Assembly: GCA_002684055.1 (NCBI GenBank)
Contig: NYUL01000064.1
Coordinates: 1 to 41,906, forward strand
Direction: 5' to 3'
DNA from: Gammaproteobacteria bacterium
GTDB taxonomy: Bacteria > Pseudomonadota > Gammaproteobacteria > Magnimaribacterales > TMED112
Length of the DNA: 41,906 nt
Shown here: piece after piece, positions 38,201 through 41,906 of the stretch
Position numbering within the stretch: position 1 is the stretch's first letter
Layout of the letters: each line of letters begins with the position of its first letter
Program-made: the position numbers and the translations under genes
Notes under the pieces: model-generated
The model's database searches: none
Told to the model about the DNA's origin: nothing
What the model saw: the letters and a program-made list of their open reading frames with translations, nothing else

Positions 38201-39150
38201 GGTCTTTGAGTATATGATCTAGCCGGTACAGTGAATAACTTCTTCTCATTTCCAATTTCATCATTGGATACGAAGAATAATATTCTGTAATATAAATTTT
38301 GATCTCTAGTAAAGGTCTCAATTTCAGAAACAGCGCCAAATACGCTTGGATTTCCTACTTCAAATATAGTTCTTCCTTGTAGCTGTGTGGGATTACCTTT
38401 AACTGGAATAGCAACAGCATAATCTCTTCTTGAGTATTCTGCGGTTGATGGTTTGATTAGAAAATTTTCTAGATCAACAACTCTAGGTGTCTCTCCATAT
38501 AATACTTTAAATAGAATGACGATAGATTCTTCACTTCCTTTAGTTTGGAAGAATGAACGTACATTTCTAATCCAGTTACCCGCATTAAGATCATCAGCAA
38601 TGTCTAGATCCTCAAAGCCTGGAGCAAACGTAGCTTTAAGCTTATCAAAAAATGCCTTGAGGAATAGGACGCTTAAGTTCTCTACAGGTGCCCCAGCAAG
38701 GTGCGCAGAAGCCTCTGAAGTCTGGAATACTAACTCTTGAGGGGCACCATCAGCGTGAAGGTCTGTAATACCACTGAATCCCCTCACAACCCCAGTAAAG
38801 GTGTTGGTAGTGATACCAGTGTATGTCATTATCTCATTACCAACCTTTAGAAGTCCCCAGGATTCAGGAAAACTATTAGTTGTGGTTACATTAACAATAT
38901 CCGATTCTGGTGTTATGCTTTCAGTTAGAGCATACGTACCATATAATGCTTGAGATGATGTATTATTAATATCAAGGTACTGATCCAAATTTGTGGCAAA
39001 GTCCATTGGACCGCCCTGAAACTCCTGGGAGATATAGAATTGTTTTAAGAAGTCATCAGTTAATGGTGCTTCACTTAAAATAAAACTAGGGAGTTGGGAA
39101 GAAACGATGTCCTGGATCTTCACTCTCACTTCAATACCAGTACCAATCAT
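26215..39150 (-). CDS. g7: giant baseplate wedge protein, T4 gp7 homolog with massive insertions (4,311 aa)
   Basis: A single uninterrupted 12,936-nt ORF between g6 and g8, the g7 slot, with an ATG at 39150. FFQTKGSEESIVILFKVLYGE (DNA ~38491-38556) matches T4 gp7 FYSTKGIEASYKFLFKVLYNEE. YYQNLSYSIKSTINFEELIGPVNRLVHPIGLKNF (~31850-31950) matches T4 gp7 SYYVMKIKSNLPSSRWKSDVIRFVHPVGFGF. The T4 sequences are from memory. Confidence 0.75.
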   Translation of the reverse strand: MIGTGIEVRVKIQDIVSSQLPSFILSEAPLTDDFLKQFYISQEFQGGPMDFATNLDQYLDINNTSSQALYGTYALTESITPESDIVNVTTTNSFPESWGLLKVGNEIMTYTGITTNTFTGVVRGFSGITDLHADGAPQELVFQTSEASAHLAGAPVENLSVLFLKAFFDKLKATFAPGFEDLDIADDLNAGNWIRNVRSFFQTKGSEESIVILFKVLYGETPRVVDLENFLIKPSTAEYSRRDYAVAIPVKGNPTQLQGRTIFEVGNPSVFGAVSEIETFTRDQNLYYRILFFVSNDEIGNEKKLFTVPARSYTQRPWNPGDTTITVDSTIGFRNNGKFITKDGVEFEYEQKSVNQFLGVTCSDPLKTVAIKDEIIDNIVVRGTSSDGEEIIVRLTGVISDLTFDNEVPFNFIGEKIRVDTLGENILGPIAVRGTQTVPQTIANSFIYNTSVRFEVREVEGTEFTLSANYLDKASIAPGDTVDILQRGSQIAYVTNRLVNSVDFVNSTVTINDTFGVPTNQPLDIRRNQKYANSTGTPIDYGNNAVLSNVLNLYDAREFDSNYYVATNSLPSYEITSNIVESTIVDPTPDSFEDFNSFTNEYSTLVFPEEVQFYTGDLISYTVSKDTVPLIDIGEYYVQILEDRRKIKLYVSPSFIGSTSFVGFTETTGIGTHFFTLESQKTRQITTKRVFRKIPVSDTLISIDREPEPTRPGAIAVLTNGVEIVSYKSPDKVYLGPIEKLDAVARGEGYSVITPPKVEIAEPDVLIYELVAPPVVPTRAFGTPVVKGKLEEIVIDPQDFDIDQAFSITVRGGNSRGATAIPVVDRQNRIIPFDSRVTELGGGVNYTDDSILFQVPHNLSDGDAVVYNNKGAKSIGTSKNAVPAISTGTTLSNGGIYYVEVLNIRTVRLYETLDKLKSGGDPVYLSQNLNGYGIQSFDTLRKNTIIGATISDDGGFFYYRNMEFEPSNVFTAYDEIRYFEHGFESGDIVEYGTTGIPIGGLSTSNQYYVYKVDDNILKLSDAGIGATISSNYERLEFVDLTSEGTGKHNIKYPDITTEVVVSYASTFSGEVKATPVIRGSIEQVYTNDGGYYGSDITNFQKTPNVELSSGTGAAIVPSIVEGRITGIQILNSGKEYADSPNLIIEDSSDSGVGGKLRAIVVDGKIEEVIIINPGISYGETTTKIKVVDPGKDAIIIPRIRDLTINLYARFGFEVLSQNNYRIVAYDRKLREDVYNDDGNIHSPIIGWANDGNPIYGGFGYSDPRDTNSGIRAMETAYILAPEDVFGRPRQQSYPAGFFTEDYKYVDGGDLDEYNGRYCSTPEFPDGVYAYFAGIAADQQSSAREPQFPYFIGPEFRDSAIEPSSTNIDQDFDVNDKPIFRNTFPYYVGSPFAGSEFLVQSYLFDTQDQIVESISPGEIDGIAIVGAGNSYGVGDIPIFDSSEDSVSSIVSQVVGFGISTIDEDTLSYSKLVTKVIRVDQSTVRIYVDPVHAYREGDSVIISGLTTFTSVIGGSRIVSIDNTSMSLYNPVPAAVSEGAIDIFVNYISSNVSVGSSLTIGSGNDIEEVSVLNIFPINKALRVYRSQATSTVAPIGARVFPIKNFFDIDVRTDEFESELNEDYFFNPRQTFSTASELGETTERIYSIGNINYEISIPAASIYAPSHQFRNLEKVTFIKPALGAPIQVRDNAGNIQIIPQIGDEETLYVHNVSKDLIGLRFSPEEEDLVILSDGSDLFRYNIITDRFAETANLDRIRSNITTIEPHQLENGDAVDVSVIPFGPAGIGSNSSIVVEFNEVSQSLIIDPEIALPADVDTSLNLITIENHGYILADYILYTAADTVISGLTNNGKYFVIPFDSDRFYVAQTEIDTKIGSENPIELNSQGVGNQVFAKVNPELNIISNHDINFDVSSPTLFGKELKFFYDQSLTEVFENNSIDRVFVVSGISTEGFPDGEKNIRYSTNNPGVIYYGLESGGYISTADTNAISYNSISYVNSTYSIRGTVTVEGDSVFSLSLPQRPEVSKYLPSQANLKYLTSSINTTGPVGTIRIISSGKNFDTLPEFITIQSPTGTNASLRASSSNIGEVSSFRIQNPGWAYSADRTIRPKGIVQPSIEFTDSDFITSIEVLNGGIGYQSDPDGVLIDSVTRDVINSGSIFVQTQSSKVVDVEIDVAPSGLSKNSHEFFTTNNSNGVPILQIINQVANQGTGFVDYLMQTPIAGYLDAPFEVGDKVFIENIFAINTAVQDTNMNSSEYGYTFFDVVAVQATNPVVIRVQYPDTNVGVAATFQNAFSSIVNKKIYPIFQVNQTTAVFIEGERLSLIDNGVVQETDLVVEESNTNFFKIKGNFNLLVGDSVRGNVSGVIATVTNIDKSFCRYKIETISRTSAGWSDAIGFLDDEFQVIPDNNYYQNLSYSIKSTINFEELIGPVNRLVHPIGLKNFSDTRIEAFGNAGFGTTAISTDTTLILDFIGLTDVARTPLRVDRINVFDLGYDDNVINNKTNAIRFNSAVPYKRLTDYIEVKTNRVLLIDNVSNDFIDSDNLRGQNEYIEFNVITDIFTAGIIQVRNPNTDEVQLSEIVSLTYDNKAFTMNKADVFDGDVPHGDFESKSLNNSDYSLRFTPAEPDTFDMDLKLLVQKFETNSLPPKQIGYVTLGGGISNVPPTTTQQIYAAPNTSVDAVALHVYALNGDGIPSYYEVYVVRIGSDTYSAIYSFDGTALQDVSEAGYQFTTNLGGGRIRVNVINPTDKILRIETKEIEFKPNASGDNPYPFKKDNIPLGSERGLNLLSNKVTGSTADASIDVLTLDPELFQTAKVVAYIQGSTLGAIHQIMIANSDGSSYTNAYPFLTEGDGADGEGGIGEFTAELIGPDWILKFKPDIGGNPVEPINITVYAEAFYRKYDTINYDPRPLLYQANQESYLLDLYNAPLGERTNKVRFPLNYNGIPIYEKIFDPVQVIDELNNIITITSHFFSPAEELYYIPGDSIDPSSATPIEIVPTVDYLGVTTDKLPPKVWSIKLDLNRFQLAATLQDAIDRTFISFVGFGSGNAHIIGMEKKLEKSLFTIDGVIQAPIATTNFEYELTNTINSEEEFLVLAGIGTLSSGDLLLIDEEFVLIDNVGFATSPLGPISNTGVIPLVKADRGVIGSAATSHPANSEMELYRGNYNIVASDIIFTAAPNGRGPQQPNENNLVVTNSTFQGRTFLQKNYDDIAVFDDISDQFNGNTNEFVLTSNGISTGGIENGGGCLVINDIYQTPSTDNNQGNDYFFTGAQQVIGYLWSDNTDAANADIGELRLSAGNANLGLNNIDANNVDRKNYFDSIDDGLIYDINVKFANGEFVYRGERLATLNTIKFVNGSIISGFLPPPGTISGSSIEVTFSPEIPKSTVVFTGITSENGQRVVSQFDVNQTQVPRGGLIVSLGSTPGLGYAPLYDAILEPEVSGGGIVGVFTDNTFGPATDVQWAEYDNQNGRLLVTAIGTNVTGLEPISGAIYFKESGRLIINTAQSLSGQNIRRGDIIQLSNILLSCSSGTAIYPDKESVFSVENIITDNTFSVNVGISTIDHTYVSGGNWQKFRPFEFGNELLNPSFVALNGLIFECPSGQTAGLTTTVFPVPGVDNVPVINRLDDAHFNLQVGLSTIVHNYVSGGIIGQITKNNVGSGYNTAVSIGVTEEGHTGVAASIRGVPGPGGELQIIVDNPGTGYVDPYIWAPSPSYFNLPIKTVFRRDGSITSGENLFITCDVGGARTTAVGRSDYFEVTGYEISNQGFGFAEGDIVEVVGLVTDKTLTQPFNPFQLNVLTIFTDNFAYWNYGQQDYIDSIKSLQDGTRTRFPLIYNGEQFSFEKDPEDEDSDAIDLSSILMIYVNTVLQTPNINYFFEGGTSFEFTQAPLPQDNIDIYFYRGKRGIDSATVTDVNETVRPGDQLQIRKNDVFEGSKTQDIRLVTEIASSDTARTNVYVGNNDIDDTNPRQVAWDKQKRDLFIYGQPIFKTRDSIESIIRPDPAILAPLTNTSSTFYIESAQLFRYEEDAFDSVTNLENIAGRIYSQPNIFTSSGTEFVPAEPVAVVNASGTVTGINFVNGNNGRGYPGNTKITIAPPNGPGNRATVGTISIQPITGEIAFVQVPFNNSGYDPAKPPTVLIEEPSIVYENKVKINGDFIRGYSSIITQIQGSNGSIRFFFRKIDQFELITSLFVGDYIVVSESVIGNGVEAIGQNILDVVGVGTQFLDCVYKVASVTYINSLEGFVDVNVRTNQSGVSGTGDQLGYMSFGAIGSVIRDFDVSIPFDIPNPTYTSDMINFPTLSRTKGGLRDRGGLAKRV

Positions 39151-39166
39151 ACTAAGATACCTGTTT

Positions 39167-41095
39167 TTACCTTGTTAATTTGCCGTTTCCGTAACTTGAT
39201 GTTACTGGGAAACCAACGCCAGAGATCTGTTCACCACTGGCAATTGTATCCCTAATCATATTTATAGGGCTCTGAGAAACATCAAACGAGACATAGAGAT
39301 CTTTAAGACCAATAACATCATTAGACTGTGGAAATGCCTGTATCTCAATAATTTTATTATCTAGGTTTGTTGAAGCTATGTTTACCGTAAATAATTGTAT
39401 CTCACCTTTGGTGTAATCAACAATACCTGCGTTTGAAACTACAGTTGTATAATTAGATTCTCCATCACTAGCATTAAGATTTTCACTAATGTATGATATG
39501 ACACCTTTACCTGATCCGTCTAGCTGACCAGCAGCATCCGTATTTGGAATATCGGTAATAAAGAGATTTGCTGAATTTCCAGTAATCTTAAATCCACTAC
39601 TCTTTATAGTTCCACCACCAGGAATAATATGGAACGCATTACCATAGCATAACTCATATTGAGCAAACTGATTTTCAGCAGCATTGAGATTTCTTCTAAT
39701 AATAACTTTAGTAATGTTTGATGTTACTGCGGTTGAAGTGTCATCAATAACTTTCTGACATTTGGAGTATTTAAATCTACCGCCAAACTTATTAATATCA
39801 ATAGAACCCGCATATGCGTTGAGAGACCGAATAACAGCAGTTTTCAAAGTATTTGCTGTAGTTGTTTTTGTAGTGTCATAGTAAACAGCACTATTAATCT
39901 CAACAAATAGAATTTTAAGATCAACAATCTGTTGATTGATCCCAGCAATTGTATATTGCTTCAATCCATCAAGAATGTTCTTCTTATCAAAGTCACTAAC
40001 TTCAATACCATTGACAGGTTTGATGCTAATTAAGACATTGCCGAATTGTGGGGGTATTAGCTCTTCTCCACCCACCACAGAGATTGATTCTGTATTTGGA
40101 TATAGCTGTTTAATGATGCCTTCATAGTCGCGCCCCGTCACAGCCCTGTATTGGGCTCCATAGACGCGGGGAGCATAGTATTTGATGGATTCTACACTCT
40201 CTACAGCGGCGCCGTTTCTAGCGGCTGTTATGGTAGTTACATCAACCACGTTTGATGGCGAAACTGGATTACCAAGATCATCAACCAAAGAGCCAGAAAA
40301 GCTAAATTGGCTAGCTCCATCACCAGCTTTACCATCACCGATAATATAGGTGGATTCAATTGTTTGATTATTGACTAGAGCTTTACCAAAAATATTATCT
40401 CCAAACAAAAGTTCATAATTTTGCTGGTTTACTTCTGCTAAGAAATAAACTTCACTATTTTTATCAATTCTAATAATATTTTTTACTCTTTCCCATTGTT
40501 GACCCAACCCAGTATCATTCTCATCTCTCACTCTTACTATGAGTGTACTAAAATCAACATCTGGATTATTAATAATGTATCTTTGGTTTAATGAGGTATC
40601 TACAGGAAATGAGGTCCTAGCAAATGTTCCCTGATAAATTGTTATTGGATCACTATCTATACCAAACACAGCAACACCTTCATTCACAGTAGCTGTTATA
40701 GGCTCTGGAATGGAAAATACGTAACTACTGTTGTCTTCTGTACCAACGCAGACCAAACCAGCCTTCAAGGTCAACGTGGACGTGTTAGAGCCCGTGTCTA
40801 CACTAAACGTAACCTGAGCTTGAGCGGATTTCTGTGATCTAGGCAAATATCCAATGTTTCCCGCCAAAGAAACTACATTTCTACGGAGAGTGGCAGAATC
40901 CAAAAAGGATTCATTAACGATCATATTGGCATTCACTGAATTGATATAGGCATTGTATGCCAAAGTATCAATAAGGACACTAAAGTTGGATCCATCAAAA
41001 TCAAACCCAGTAAAATTGGAGTTTGCTCTTAAATAGTCTTTAATAGACTCTCTAATTTGATCATAGTCTAAATTTGTAAACTTAGTAAATGCCAT
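39167..41095 (-). CDS. g6: baseplate wedge protein (T4 gp6, baseplate-J-like)
   Basis: 642 aa (T4 gp6 is 660 aa). YDQIRESIKDYLRANSNFTGFDFDGSNFSVLIDTLAYNAYINS...ESFLDSATLRRNVVSLAGNIGYLPRSQKSAQAQV aligns with T4 FAEIKQNLIEWLNGQNEFLDYDFEGSRLNVLCDLLAYNTLYIQ...ESFMRTANLRSSVVQAAQDNGYLPTSKSAAQTEI. The start overlaps the g25 stop (TAATG at 41095). Confidence 0.9.
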   Translation of the reverse strand: MAFTKFTNLDYDQIRESIKDYLRANSNFTGFDFDGSNFSVLIDTLAYNAYINSVNANMIVNESFLDSATLRRNVVSLAGNIGYLPRSQKSAQAQVTFSVDTGSNTSTLTLKAGLVCVGTEDNSSYVFSIPEPITATVNEGVAVFGIDSDPITIYQGTFARTSFPVDTSLNQRYIINNPDVDFSTLIVRVRDENDTGLGQQWERVKNIIRIDKNSEVYFLAEVNQQNYELLFGDNIFGKALVNNQTIESTYIIGDGKAGDGASQFSFSGSLVDDLGNPVSPSNVVDVTTITAARNGAAVESVESIKYYAPRVYGAQYRAVTGRDYEGIIKQLYPNTESISVVGGEELIPPQFGNVLISIKPVNGIEVSDFDKKNILDGLKQYTIAGINQQIVDLKILFVEINSAVYYDTTKTTTANTLKTAVIRSLNAYAGSIDINKFGGRFKYSKCQKVIDDTSTAVTSNITKVIIRRNLNAAENQFAQYELCYGNAFHIIPGGGTIKSSGFKITGNSANLFITDIPNTDAAGQLDGSGKGVISYISENLNASDGESNYTTVVSNAGIVDYTKGEIQLFTVNIASTNLDNKIIEIQAFPQSNDVIGLKDLYVSFDVSQSPINMIRDTIASGEQISGVGFPVTSSYGNGKLTR

Positions 41096-41502
41096 TACCT
41101 AGTACTCGTTAAAATAAATGTATAATTTTGGGGTGGGAACTCTTCACCTACAATATTGTAAGCAACACTAACGCCTACTTCATTCTGATCTGTAAAAAGA
41201 TCAACTTTAACCACTATATCATCAATTCTAGGCTCAAAGTTCTCCAAAGAAACTGTTATTTGGTCTTCAATGGCAAAGGCTGTAGCATAATTTGCGTTTT
41301 CAAACAGCTGACCTCTAACATCAGACCCAAAAAGTGGTTCAAAGAACTTTTCACCAGGAATAGTTTCTACAATGTTGCGTACTGACTGCCTAATTGCTCT
41401 AGCATCTCTTAAAACACCAAGATCACCCGTTACTGGGTGAGGTAAAAAGGATAAACTAATATCCTTGAATGACCTAGAAACGCGATTTACGTCAGCCATC
41501 AT
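41095..41502 (-). CDS. g25: baseplate wedge protein (T4 gp25 / GPW family)
   Basis: 135 aa. FGSDVRGQLFENANYATAFAIEDQITVSLENFEPRIDDIVV aligns with T4 gp25 FGCDLSDQLFENMTPLTADTVERNIESAVRNYEPRIDKLAV. Confidence 0.9.
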   Translation of the reverse strand: MMADVNRVSRSFKDISLSFLPHPVTGDLGVLRDARAIRQSVRNIVETIPGEKFFEPLFGSDVRGQLFENANYATAFAIEDQITVSLENFEPRIDDIVVKVDLFTDQNEVGVSVAYNIVGEEFPPQNYTFILTSTR

Positions 41503-41522
41503 AAAAATACGACATTTATCAG

Positions 41523-41530
41523 TATTTATG
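41523..41530 (-). promoter_or_regulatory. late-promoter-like motif CATAAATA upstream of g25
   Basis: Plus tatttatg in the intergenic gap, 20 nt upstream of the first g25 ATG (41502). Confidence 0.4.
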
Positions 41531-41546
41531 TCAAAAAATTAGCCAT

Positions 41547-41572
41547 AAAAAAGCTCCCGAAGGAGTTTTTTT
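41547..41572 (-). terminator. weak hairpin flanked by A and T runs (possible terminator)
   Basis: Plus sequence is AAAAAA-GCTCC-CGAA-GGAGT-TTTTTT. In minus sense it gives only CUCC-UUCG-GGAG (4 bp) plus A-U extensions after a C-A mismatch, followed by U6. It lies 5 nt after the stop of the 53-aa ORF. Confidence 0.3.
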
Positions 41573-41576
41573 GCAA

Positions 41577-41738
41577 TTATTCAGTTTTTTGATTGTTAAA
41601 TAAGCATTTGCTCATAAGTGATTTGATTTCTTCAACGGTTTTAGCTTTTTGACGAGCTTTTTGAGCTAATGCGCGGTCAAGAGCACCATAATCGGTGACT
41701 AAAACGACTCCAGGTGAGCGATCTACGGGTCTTCCCAT
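41577..41738 (-). CDS. possible 53-aa ORF
   Basis: Below the track cutoff. My translation is MGRPVDRSPGVVLVTDYGALDRALAQKARQKAKTVEEIKSLMSKCLFNNQKTE. AGGA lies ~9 nt upstream of the ATG. A late motif lies 59 nt upstream and a hairpin lies downstream. Confidence 0.3.
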   Translation of the reverse strand: MGRPVDRSPGVVLVTDYGALDRALAQKARQKAKTVEEIKSLMSKCLFNNQKTE

Positions 41739-41796
41739 TGGTTTTTTCCTAAAAAGTGGTATTTTAGAACTTTTTAGGGGGTTCCTATCCCCAAAA

Positions 41797-41804
41797 TATT
41801 TATA
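41797..41804 (-). promoter_or_regulatory. T4-type late promoter motif TATAAATA
   Basis: Plus tatttata. It lies between the stop of the partial ORF (41808-41810) and the 53-aa ORF. Confidence 0.35.
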
Positions 41805-41807
41805 TTT

Positions 41808-41906
41808 TTACTTACCTTGACCACGATAACGCTTTTGCCTGGGTCTAGAGGAGGTGGCGGAAAGTTTTGTACGATTAGAACGCCCTTGACGGGTCTTTTT
41901 ACATGA
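41808..41906 (-). CDS. 3' end of an ORF entering from beyond the window (basic tail)
   Basis: The frame is open from the window edge to the TAA at 41808-41810: ...SCKKTRQGRSNRTKLSATSSRPRQKRYRGQGK. Only 32 codons are visible, so no identity can be assigned. Confidence 0.25.
   Translation of the reverse strand, partial: SCKKTRQGRSNRTKLSATSSRPRQKRYRGQGK

Noticed and set aside
1-41906. Search for tRNA/rRNA genes, CRISPR arrays, integrases/transposases, introns/homing endonucleases, toxin-antitoxin pairs or defence/anti-defence operons
   Set aside because: Coding density is ~97% on one strand. The only gaps longer than 90 nt (11171-11382 and 12241-12337) show no cloverleaf-like or direct-repeat/spacer structure. 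No ORF has nuclease, recombinase or NTPase signatures other than terL. I therefore do not claim a novel multi-gene system in this window.

Overview
This window is an all-minus-strand late/structural gene block of a T4-like myovirus. The gene order and protein signatures are those I associate, from memory, with marine T4-like cyanophages. Read 5'->3' on the minus strand (high to low coordinates), the block contains: a partial basic ORF, a 53-aa ORF, g25, g6, a 4,311-aa g7-like giant and g8. Next come a ~2,390-codon structural gene split into two ORFs by a -1 frame change, three small ORFs, g13, g14, g15 and g16 (terS). A ~1.9-kb insertion of 3-4 unassigned genes follows, then g17 (terL), g18, g19, g20, a small prohead-core-like ORF, g21, g22, g23, g3 and the first 67 codons of uvsY. 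Product calls rest on synteny plus hand alignment to T4 protein sequences as I remember them; no search was run. Regulatory signals I could read directly are T4-type late-promoter motifs (minus-sense NATAAATA), three clear rho-independent terminators, one sigma70-like promoter and several TAATG-type translational couplings. I found no tRNA, rRNA, CRISPR array, transposase/integrase, intron/homing endonuclease or recognisable defence/anti-defence system. Every plus-strand ORF in the track looks like an antisense shadow. I cannot support a claim of a new multi-gene 'system' here. The things worth a second look are listed below.
- The extreme expansion of g7.
- A short G-x-G-Y module that has spread through four neck/baseplate genes.
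- A degenerate YHYH-like segment inside g7.
- The frame-split giant structural gene.
- The unassigned cassette wedged between terS and terL: a Lys-rich protein, a Cys-cluster protein and a tandem-repeat protein, with its own promoter-like element and terminator.
- A hairpin that could both terminate transcription and occlude the terL ribosome-binding site.
Coordinates of short motifs were indexed by hand and could be off by a base or two.
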